Below, one piece after another: positions 41,795 to 48,189 of a stretch of 48,189 nucleotides of DNA. The DNA is taken from positions 1 through 48,189 of the forward strand of contig JBBSLT010000002.1 of the NCBI GenBank assembly GCA_038233555.1, read 5' to 3'. The translations under genes were made by a program, and so were the position numbers. The notes below the pieces were generated by a model. The model made no database searches, was not told the origin of the DNA, and saw only the letters and a list, made by a program, of their open reading frames with translations. Source of the stretch: Acidimicrobiales bacterium. Its GTDB lineage: Bacteria > Actinomycetota > Acidimicrobiia > Acidimicrobiales > CADCSY01. The stretch's first letter is position 1, and every line of letters begins with the position of its first letter.

Positions 41795-42568
41795 GTGTGG
41801 ACCGACAGCCACTGCCACATCCCTGCGAGCGCCGAGGGCGCGGCAACGGTCGCTGACGCCGTCGCCGCCGGCGTCACCCGCCTGGTCGATGTGGGCACCG
41901 ATGCCGCGACCTCCCGCACCGCCATCGAGGTGGCCCGGCGCCACGAGGGGGTGTGGGCGACGGTGGGCCTGCACCCTCACGACGCCAAGGACGGCCTCGA
42001 TGGCATCGCCGAGCTGTTGGACGCCCCCGAGGTGGTGGCGGTGGGGGAGTGCGGCCTCGACTACCACTACGACCACTCGCCCCGCCCGGTGCAGCGTCTG
42101 GTCTTCGCTGCTCAAGTTGGCCTGGCCCACCGACACGACCTGGCCCTGGTCATTCACACTCGGGAGGCCTGGGACGACACCTTCGCCGTGCTGGCCGTCG
42201 AGGGTGTCCCGGAGCGCACCGTCTTCCACTGCTTCACCGGGGGGCCGGCCGAGGCTGAGCGGGCCCTGGCTCTCGGGGCGGTGTTGAGCTTCAGCGGAAT
42301 CGTGACCTTCAAGGGAGCGCCGGAGGTCCGAGAGGCAGTGGCCTTGTGCCCGCTCGATCGCCTCACGGTGGAGACCGACAGCCCGTACCTGGCACCGGTG
42401 CCTCACCGAGGCCAGGCCAACCGTCCGGCCTGGGTCCCCTTGGTGGGTGCGGCGGTGGCTGCGAGCAAGGACCTGGAGCTTCCGGCGGTCGAAACGGCGA
42501 CGTCGGCCAATGCCGCCCGTCTCTTCGCTCTGCCTGCACCCTCGACATCCACTGGGCGAGCGTCGTAA
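41795..42568 (+). CDS. tatD: TatD family metal-dependent hydrolase
   Basis: DSHCH, GECGLDYHY, HTREA, ETDSPYLAP motifs. Confidence 0.9.
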   Translation: MWTDSHCHIPASAEGAATVADAVAAGVTRLVDVGTDAATSRTAIEVARRHEGVWATVGLHPHDAKDGLDGIAELLDAPEVVAVGECGLDYHYDHSPRPVQRLVFAAQVGLAHRHDLALVIHTREAWDDTFAVLAVEGVPERTVFHCFTGGPAEAERALALGAVLSFSGIVTFKGAPEVREAVALCPLDRLTVETDSPYLAPVPHRGQANRPAWVPLVGAAVAASKDLELPAVETATSANAARLFALPAPSTSTGRAS

Positions 42569-42658
42569 TTTCCGCCACAAAGTTGCGGTTTGGTTACGAC
42601 CCCTCTTAGGGTCGGAGGTCCGACGGGGAAGGGTGGAGTCCTGACATCCAAGGAAGGC

Positions 42659-43378
42659 ATGTTTCGGCGCGTCTGGCTGCTCGTGGCCATCGTCGCGTCC
42701 GTCGTCCTCGGGCCTCGGCTGTTCACGCCGGTCGACGGGTCGACGCCCGACGGAGAGGTGGTGGTGGTCGCCGCCGTCGCTCCCGACCAAACCCCGGCGT
42801 CCCCGCTGACGCCACCGGTGCGCGATCGCTCGACCTCCACCGTCGTGCTTGAACCCTCGGTGGCTCCGGTGCCGAGCGCCTCTTCGGTCCCGCCACCTGC
42901 CCCCGAGTCCGAGCAACCGGCGCCCTCACCGTCGACGACCGAGGCGACCGAGGCGACCGAGGCGATCGAGGCTGAGCCGGAGCCGGCCCCCCCGACCACC
43001 GAGGCACCGGCGCCCCCTCCGACCACCACCGAGGTACCACCGCCGCCCACCACGACGGCCCCGCCGCCGCCCGAGCGTGAGCCGGCGGCGCCGGTTCCCG
43101 CCGCCCTGTCGGCCGAGCACGCTGACGGCACCCAGGAGGGCAACATCTCGTGGTACGACCTCCCGGGGTCGATTTCGGGGGTGTGCGCCCACCGAACCAT
43201 CGAGAAGGGCACGGTGGTGACGGTGACCAACCTCGATACCGGCAAGTCGATCACCTGCCTGGTCGACGACCGTGGCCCCTATAGCGGTGACGGCAAGGTC
43301 CTCGACCTCCACCGCGACGAGTTCTCCCAGCTGGCTCCGCTGGAGCAGGGGATCTTCCCCGCTCGCCTCGACTGGTGA
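42659..43378 (+). CDS. secreted/anchored RlpA-like double-psi beta-barrel (DPBB) protein with Pro/Thr/Glu-rich linker
   Basis: N-terminal hydrophobic anchor (VWLLVAIVASVVLG), low-complexity linker (TEATEATEAIEAEPEPAPPTTEAPAPPPTTTEVPPPP), and C-terminal DPBB pattern (GNISWYD...CAHRT...GTVVTVTNLDTGKSITCLVDDRGPY). Confidence 0.75.
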   Translation: MFRRVWLLVAIVASVVLGPRLFTPVDGSTPDGEVVVVAAVAPDQTPASPLTPPVRDRSTSTVVLEPSVAPVPSASSVPPPAPESEQPAPSPSTTEATEATEAIEAEPEPAPPTTEAPAPPPTTTEVPPPPTTTAPPPPEREPAAPVPAALSAEHADGTQEGNISWYDLPGSISGVCAHRTIEKGTVVTVTNLDTGKSITCLVDDRGPYSGDGKVLDLHRDEFSQLAPLEQGIFPARLDW

Positions 43379-43393
43379 CTCGGCGCCGCTAGT

Positions 43394-43548
43394 GTCCCGT
43401 CAGGTTGGTCCGTTGAGGATTTCGGCGAGGGATGGGCGTCGGTCGCAAGGACGCACGACGAGTCGTAGCCATAGCTACGGCGAGGAGGAGGACGCCGCGA
43501 GCGGCGTTCAGACTCGTCGAAATACCGACATGATGAGCCTGACAGGAC
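43394..43548. ncRNA. candidate structured RNA / structured leader (nested perfect helices); strand unresolved
   Basis: P1 43394-43404/43538-43548 (11 bp, one C.A that becomes G.U on the minus strand). 43438-43443/43524-43529 (6 bp). P2 43456-43464/43511-43519 (9 bp), enclosing hairpins 43465-43478 and 43492-43507. Locally lower GC. No credible ORF. Confidence 0.4.
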
Positions 43549-43560
43549 GCTAGTTCGAGC

Positions 43561-44418
43561 ATGGGCGAACCTCGGTCATCGACGGGTCCGCTCACAGGTC
43601 GGGACGTCGCCGACCTCTTGGCTCGCCACCAGCACCGTCCTCGCCGGTCGCTCGGCCAGCACTTCGTCATCGATCCCAACACCGTGCGCCGCATCGCCCG
43701 CCTGGCGGCCGTCGGTCCGGGGGACCGGGTGGTCGAGATCGGCGCCGGGCTGGGATCGCTCACCCTGGCGTTGCTCGAGACCGGCGCCGACGTCACCGCC
43801 GTGGAGATCGACCGCCATCTCATGCCCATGCTGCGGGAGGTGGTGGAGCCGGTAGGGGCCCGGGTGGTGGAGGCCGACGCTCTCACCTTGGACTGGTCGT
43901 CGCTGCTCGACGGCCAGGGCTGGGTGCTGGTGGCCAACCTGCCCTACAACGTGGCCACCCCGTTGGTCGCCGACCTGCTTGACGGGGTGGCGGCCATCTC
44001 CCGCATGCTGGTGATGGTGCAGCGCGAGGTGGGCCTGCGCTTGGCGGCCGACGTCGGCGATCCGGCTTACGGGGCCGTGTCGGTGAAGGTGGCCTACTGG
44101 GCCACGGCCAAGATGGCCGGGCGGGTTCCTCCCGGGGTCTTTCTCCCCGAGCCGTCGGTGGAGTCGGCCCTGGTGGCCATCGAGCGCCGGCCGGTCCCGG
44201 CTGTCGACCCGGCTGAGGTCGGCCCGGAGGAGCTCTTCTCCCTGGTACGGGCCGGCTTCGCCCAGCGCCGCAAGATGCTTCGACGGGCGCTGGCCGGGCG
44301 CGTCGACTCCGAGGTCTTCGCCGATGCCGGCGTCCGGCCCGAGGCCCGGGCCGAAGAGCTCGACGTGGCCGCTTGGGGACGGCTGGCGTCGTCGGCCCGC
44401 CGCCTCGCTGCCCGATGA
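43561..44418 (+). CDS. rsmA: 16S rRNA (adenine1518/1519-N6)-dimethyltransferase
   Basis: LGQHFV, SAM motif VVEIGAGLGSLT, ANLPYNV. Confidence 0.9.
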   Translation: MGEPRSSTGPLTGRDVADLLARHQHRPRRSLGQHFVIDPNTVRRIARLAAVGPGDRVVEIGAGLGSLTLALLETGADVTAVEIDRHLMPMLREVVEPVGARVVEADALTLDWSSLLDGQGWVLVANLPYNVATPLVADLLDGVAAISRMLVMVQREVGLRLAADVGDPAYGAVSVKVAYWATAKMAGRVPPGVFLPEPSVESALVAIERRPVPAVDPAEVGPEELFSLVRAGFAQRRKMLRRALAGRVDSEVFADAGVRPEARAEELDVAAWGRLASSARRLAAR

Positions 44419-45167
44419 GCGCCACGCCGGTCACGGTGGGGGCGCCGGCCAAGCTCACGGTTTCATTGCGCATCACCGGGACGAGGCCGGACGGCTACCA
44501 CCTGATTGACGCCGAGATGGTGACCCTGGACCTGGCCGACGAGCTCACCTTCGACGCCGGAGACGGGCTCGAGGTGGTGGAGGCCGGCGTTGGTCTGGCT
44601 GTTCCCGCCGACGACGACAACCTGGTGCGCCGAGCGCTGACGGCTTTGGGATGCACCGCCCAGGTTCGCCTGCGCAAGCGCATCCCCGCCGGATCCGGGC
44701 TGGGCGGGGGTTCGGCCGATGCCGCCGCCGTGCTGCGGTGGGCCGGCTGCAGCGACCTGGCGCTCGCCGCCTCGCTCGGGGCCGACGTGGCCTTTTGCCT
44801 GGTGGGCGGTCGAGCCCAGGTCACCGGCATCGGTGAGGTGGTGACGCCGCTGCCGCCCGTCGATCAGACCTACACCCTGGTTGTCCCCACCTTTGGAGTG
44901 TCCACCGTGGAGGTGTACCGAGCGTGGGACCGCCTGGGCGGACCCCAAGGTGAGCACGGCAACGACCTCGAACCCGCCGCCCTGGCGGTGGCGCCGACGC
45001 TGGCTGAGTGGCGCAACCGCCTGGCTCAGGCCAGCGGTGAAGTGCCGAGACTGGCCGGAAGCGGAGGCACCTGGTTCGTAGCGGGCGCCTTCCCCGGCGA
45101 GGACCGGATCGTGGTCCGCACGGCGACGCCTACTTCTTGGCGCGACGCTGGAAGCGGGTTCGCTTGA
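44415..45167 (+). CDS. ispE: 4-(cytidine 5'-diphospho)-2-C-methyl-D-erythritol kinase
   Basis: APAKLTVSLRI, GHMP motif IPAGSGLGGGSADAAA. ATGA overlap with rsmA. Confidence 0.85.
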   Translation: MSATPVTVGAPAKLTVSLRITGTRPDGYHLIDAEMVTLDLADELTFDAGDGLEVVEAGVGLAVPADDDNLVRRALTALGCTAQVRLRKRIPAGSGLGGGSADAAAVLRWAGCSDLALAASLGADVAFCLVGGRAQVTGIGEVVTPLPPVDQTYTLVVPTFGVSTVEVYRAWDRLGGPQGEHGNDLEPAALAVAPTLAEWRNRLAQASGEVPRLAGSGGTWFVAGAFPGEDRIVVRTATPTSWRDAGSGFA

Positions 45168-45228
45168 GCATCTTCTTGTGCTTCTTCTTGCGCATGCGCT
45201 TGCGGCGCTTCTTGATCAGCGATCCCAT
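45130..45228 (-). CDS. 30S ribosomal protein bS22 (actinobacterial 32-33 aa basic protein)
   Basis: Minus-strand ATG..TAG encodes MGSLIKKRRKRMRKKKHKKMLKRTRFQRRAKK, matching the MGSVIKKRRKRM.KKKH.K.L..TR.QRR pattern of bS22. Not in the ORF track (too short). Confidence 0.8.
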   Translation of the reverse strand: MGSLIKKRRKRMRKKKHKKMLKRTRFQRRAKK

Positions 45229-45306
45229 CTGTCGACCAGACTAGTGGCCGCAGCAGCCGACTCCCCAACCGGGGTCGAGGCGGGCGGTAGCATCGGCCTC
45301 ACCCGA

Positions 45307-45380
45307 TCGGGGGTCGTCCAATGGCAGGACATCTGGTTTTGGTCCAGAGAATGGGGGTTCAACTCCTCCCCCCCGAGCCA
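45307..45380 (+). tRNA. tRNA-Gln (anticodon UUG), CCA encoded
   Basis: Hand-folded cloverleaf. Acceptor TCGGGGG/CCCCCGA, D arm GTCC-AATGGCA-GGAC, anticodon arm TCTGG-TTTTGGT-CCAGA (U33, TTG, G37), 4-nt variable loop, T arm GGGGG-TTCAACT-CCTCC, discriminator G, CCA. Confidence 0.85.
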
Positions 45381-46516
45381 TGCCCTTGCGTCGCTCTGCC
45401 CTGAGCTGCATCGTGTTGGCGGCTGGTGCCGGCACCCGGATGCACTCGTCGCTTCCCAAGCCCCTCCACCGGCTGTGCGGGCGGGCCATGGTGCTACACA
45501 TCCTCGACGTCCTGGCCGAGCTGGCTCCGACTCGTACCGTGGTGGTGGTCGGTCATGGCGCCGAGCGGGTGACCAAGGCGCTCATCGATGACGGCCCGGC
45601 GGGTCTGGGCGTCGAGTTCGTCGAGCAACCGGTGCGCCGAGGCACGGGCCAAGCCGTGTCGACCGCGTTGACTGCGTTCTCCGACGACGACTTTACCTTT
45701 TCCGAGTCTGGCGATGCCGACGACGCCGATGAAGGAGACGATGGTGGCGACGTGGTGGTCGTGCCCGGCGATGCCCCTCTGTTGCGCCGGGTCACCCTCG
45801 CCGCCCTGGTCGACGCTCACCGGCGGAGTGGGGCTGCGGCCACGCTGCTCAGCGCCCGCATGCCTGATCCCCACGGCTACGGGCGGGTGGTTCGGGGTCG
45901 AGACGACGCAGTGGTGCGCATCGTGGAGGAGCTCGACGCCACGTCGGAGGAGCTGACCATCGACGAGGTGGCCACCTCTGTCTACTGCTTCCGACGCAGC
46001 CTGTTGGCCCCGGCCCTGCGTCGCATCACCCCTGAGAACCGCCGTGGGGAGTACTACCTGACCGACGTCATCGCGGTGCTGGCTGGGGCCGGCCACCCCG
46101 TGACATCGGTGGTGGTGGACGATCCCGTCGAAGCCATGGGGGTCAACGACCGGGTCCAGCTCGCCGTCGCCGAAGCCGAGTTGCGCCGTCGAATCAACCA
46201 GCGATGGCTCGCCACCGGCGTCACCATGATCGATCCCGACCGCACCTACGTCGACGTAGGGGTGAGTATGGCTGCTGAGGTCACGCTGTTGCCGGGAACG
46301 ATCCTGGGGGGCGCCACCGAGGTGGGCGAGGGAGCCGAGATCGGACCGAGCACCTCGCTGGTCGACTGCGTGGTCGGGGCGGGCGCGACGGTCACCGCCA
46401 GCGTCGGGCTGGGTGCCCAGGTGGGCACGGGGGCCCGGGTGGGCCCGTTCGCCTCCCTCTCCCCCGGCGCGGTGATTCCGGCCGGGGCCATCACCGGAGC
46501 GTTCTACACTGCCTGA
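45380..46516 (+). CDS. glmU: UDP-N-acetylglucosamine pyrophosphorylase GlmU, truncated within the left-handed beta-helix acetyltransferase domain
   Basis: LAAGAGTRM and the uridyltransferase core, linker helix NDRVQLAVAEAELRRR, and several hexapeptide turns. Ends at ...GPFASLSPGAVIPAGAITGAFYTA*, where full-length GlmUs continue for more than 70 aa. prs starts 1 nt later. Confidence 0.8.
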   Translation: MPLRRSALSCIVLAAGAGTRMHSSLPKPLHRLCGRAMVLHILDVLAELAPTRTVVVVGHGAERVTKALIDDGPAGLGVEFVEQPVRRGTGQAVSTALTAFSDDDFTFSESGDADDADEGDDGGDVVVVPGDAPLLRRVTLAALVDAHRRSGAAATLLSARMPDPHGYGRVVRGRDDAVVRIVEELDATSEELTIDEVATSVYCFRRSLLAPALRRITPENRRGEYYLTDVIAVLAGAGHPVTSVVVDDPVEAMGVNDRVQLAVAEAELRRRINQRWLATGVTMIDPDRTYVDVGVSMAAEVTLLPGTILGGATEVGEGAEIGPSTSLVDCVVGAGATVTASVGLGAQVGTGARVGPFASLSPGAVIPAGAITGAFYTA

Positions 46517-47503
46517 GTGATGGAGTTCGTCCCCAAGAAGAAGCTTCAGCTGTTGGCTGGGCGCACCCACGCCGCCCTGGCCCGGGAGATCGCCGCTCAC
46601 CTAGGCGTCGAGCTGGGCGAGACCAACCTCATCGACTTCGCCAATAGCGAGATGCGTTGTCGCTTCGGGGAGTCGGTTCGAGGCGCCGACGTCTTCGTCA
46701 TCCAGACGCACTGCGAGTCCGACGGCCGTTCCGTGAACGACTCGCTCATCGAGCAGTTCATCATGATCGACGCCGCCAAGCGGGCGTCGGCTAAGCGCAT
46801 CACCGCCGTTTGCCCGTACTACGGATACTCCCGCCAGGACCGCAAGAGCCAGGGACGAGAGCCGATCACCGCCAAGTTGGTGGCCGACATGCTTTCGGCG
46901 GCGGGGGCCAACCGGGTGCTGAGCGTCGATCTGCACTCCGGACAGATCCAAGGCTTCTTCGATGGCCCCTTCGACCACCTGACGGCCATGCCCGTGCTCG
47001 TGGAGTACCTCCGGGCCCACCTGCCGGGCGATGTGGTGGTGGTGGCCCCCGATGCCGGAAGGGTCAAGGCGGCCGAGCGCTTCGCCCGCCACCTCGGCAA
47101 CGACATGGCGTCGGTGTACAAGCGCAGGCAAAAGGCCTCGATCAACGAGGTGGAGGCCCTCGGCGTGATGGGCGACGTCGCCGGCCGAAGCTGTGTCTTG
47201 GTCGACGACATGATCGACACGGCCGGCACCATGTGCGCCGCCGTCGGTCAGCTCAAGCGTGAGGGTGCGTCGGAGGTCTGGGCCGTCGCCACCCACGGCT
47301 TGTTCTCGGGACCAGCCATCGACCGGCTCAAGAACTCGGTGATCGACCGGGTGGTGATCACCGACACGCTGCCCCTGCCGGCGGAGAAGCGAATCGACAA
47401 GATCGAGGTCCTGTCAGTGGCCAAGCTCATCGCCGACGCCATCGACGCCGTCTTCGAGGACACCTCGGTGTCGGAGATCTTCGGCGGTGAGAACCAGGCC
47501 TAG
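46517..47503 (+). CDS. prs: ribose-phosphate diphosphokinase
   Basis: YYGYSRQDRK, VSVDLHSGQIQGFF, PRPP loop VLVDDMIDTAGT. GTG 46517 or ATG 46520. Confidence 0.9.
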   Translation: MMEFVPKKKLQLLAGRTHAALAREIAAHLGVELGETNLIDFANSEMRCRFGESVRGADVFVIQTHCESDGRSVNDSLIEQFIMIDAAKRASAKRITAVCPYYGYSRQDRKSQGREPITAKLVADMLSAAGANRVLSVDLHSGQIQGFFDGPFDHLTAMPVLVEYLRAHLPGDVVVVAPDAGRVKAAERFARHLGNDMASVYKRRQKASINEVEALGVMGDVAGRSCVLVDDMIDTAGTMCAAVGQLKREGASEVWAVATHGLFSGPAIDRLKNSVIDRVVITDTLPLPAEKRIDKIEVLSVAKLIADAIDAVFEDTSVSEIFGGENQA

Positions 47504-47645
47504 GGCCTCGCCGCCGAACCGGAGGTTCGGCGGCGAACTGGTGGTGCCCCGACCGGCGGCGGAGCCACCGGTCGGGGCGCTGACCACTTCCTGGCCGAGC
47601 TTCGCTCGGCTGGGCCGCCGGCCAGGGCGGGCCGCCTTCGGCGGC
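47504..47645 (+). repeat. stop-codon-proximal multi-hairpin element, copy C (extended)
   Basis: Starts 4 nt after the prs TAG. Hairpins at 47508-47536 (13 bp), 47546-47578 (11 bp), 47594-47610 (7 bp) and 47631-47645 (6 bp). Linkers ACTGGTGGTGCCCCG and CTGACCACTTCCTGG match copies A and B. Confidence 0.7.
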
Positions 47646-47684
47646 GGGTGTGGCCGGCGGCAAACGCCGTCCTAGACTCACACG

Positions 47685-48189
47685 ATGGCTGAACTGGCGT
47701 TGCAGGCTGAGACGGGACGGACGAAGGGGTCGCGCTCCTCGCGTCGACTGCGCACTGAGGGCAAGATCCCCGGGGTCGTCTACGGCCACGGGATCGAGCC
47801 GCTTTCGGTTGCCGTCAACCGGCGAGAGCTGCGGGCAGTGCTCACCACCGAGGCGGGCATGAACGCCCTTATCGACCTCGGCGTCGACGACCAGCAACAC
47901 CTCACCATCGTGCGTGACGTGCAGCGCCACCCCATTCGCAACGAGGTCATCCACCTTGACTTCGTGATCGTCCGTCGCGACGAGGTCATCACCGTGGAGG
48001 TGCCGATCGTGCTGACGGGCTCCGCCGAGCAGGTGAGGCGCGAGGCCGGCACCGTCGACCAGGTCCTGTTCAGCCTCAGCGTCCTCGGCCGGCCGGGAAG
48101 CTTCCCCAACGAGCTCGAGGTCGACATCTCTGGTCTGACCATCGGAGACAGCATCCACGTCAGGGATCTCGCCCTGCCCGAAGGCGTCA
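47685..48189 (+). CDS. rplY: 50S ribosomal protein L25 / general stress protein Ctc (3' end outside window)
   Basis: MAELALQAETGRTKGSRSSRRLRTEGKIPGVVYGHG... is the canonical L25/Ctc N-terminus. Open to the window end, so missing from the ORF track. glmU-prs-rplY synteny. Confidence 0.85.
   Translation, partial: MAELALQAETGRTKGSRSSRRLRTEGKIPGVVYGHGIEPLSVAVNRRELRAVLTTEAGMNALIDLGVDDQQHLTIVRDVQRHPIRNEVIHLDFVIVRRDEVITVEVPIVLTGSAEQVRREAGTVDQVLFSLSVLGRPGSFPNELEVDISGLTIGDSIHVRDLALPEGV

Noticed and set aside
42569-42658. Possible ydaO/cyclic-di-AMP riboswitch upstream of the cell-wall (RlpA-like) gene
   Set aside because: The region is only about 90 nt. It lacks the conserved boxes I remember for that riboswitch (paired pseudo-symmetric halves with GGGGUGAAUC- and CCGA..GCUAACC-like segments). 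Only one ACGGGGA-like string is present.
42938-42972. Short tandem repeat (GAGGCGACC x3) that could look like a mini-array
   Set aside because: It lies in frame within a coding low-complexity linker (TEATEATEA). It has no spacers and is not CRISPR-like.
43432-43533. 33-aa ORF (MGVGRKDARRVVAIATARRRTPRAAFRLVEIPT) inside the structured rlpA-rsmA spacer
   Set aside because: Full of codons that are rare for this genome (ATA, GTA, AGG, AGA, CGA), and the SD is too close to the ATG. The helices explain the sequence better than coding does.
47427-48158. 243-aa minus-strand ORF at the window end
   Set aside because: Antisense to the open-ended rplY (L25/Ctc) reading frame, whose N-terminus is unmistakable.
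1-48189. Mobile genetic elements, prophage genes, CRISPR arrays, rRNA
   Set aside because: No transposase, integrase or recombinase-like ORFs, no direct-repeat/spacer arrays, and no rRNA-like sequence were seen. The only repeats are the two short intergenic families reported above.

Overview
High-GC chromosomal segment with actinobacterial gene content and synteny: fbiD/gpsA divergent pair, rex-hemA-hemC-cobA/hemD, tatD-(cell-wall protein)-rsmA-ispE, and tRNA-Gln-glmU-prs-rplY. I support about 55 protein genes, one tRNA-Gln, and one unannotated 32-aa ribosomal protein bS22. Most genes are housekeeping. They include a DrrA-like ABC exporter, a vapBC toxin-antitoxin pair, a DinG helicase, a class-B-like PBP, a PGM1-like ATP-grasp ligase, HIT, a YdbS/YdbT PH-domain pair, SDR, AcuC-type deacetylase, GNAT, Hsp20, PIG-L deacetylase, FbiD/CofC, GpsA, a sigma-70 factor, TauE, family-5 UDG, two Fur-family regulators, DUF169, a sulfite reductase/APS reductase/siroheme block, Rex plus heme genes, DJ-1/PfpI, cupin, DUF1989, catalase, RmuC, MetG, TatD, an RlpA-like protein, RsmA, IspE, GlmU, Prs and L25. 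The conserved MSMEG_4193/DUF3090/SCO1664 trio is present with a coupled fourth gene. I saw no transposase, integrase, CRISPR array or rRNA. The most unusual signals are non-coding. (1) At least three copies of a multi-hairpin element each begin 4-5 nt after a stop codon, with conserved linker boxes and covarying stems. (2) Two copies of a long palindromic hairpin have the form TCTTTGTCGCG-N23-CGCGACAAAGA, flanked by C-rich and G-rich tracts. (3) A 155-nt nest of perfect helices lies between the RlpA-like gene and rsmA. There are also coding anomalies. The ABC ATPase has no stop codon at its junction with an N-terminally short permease. GlmU is truncated inside its acetyltransferase domain, and its ATG abuts the tRNA-Gln CCA end. 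DUF433-like remnants flank vapBC. All functional calls rest on motif recognition by eye; no database search was possible.
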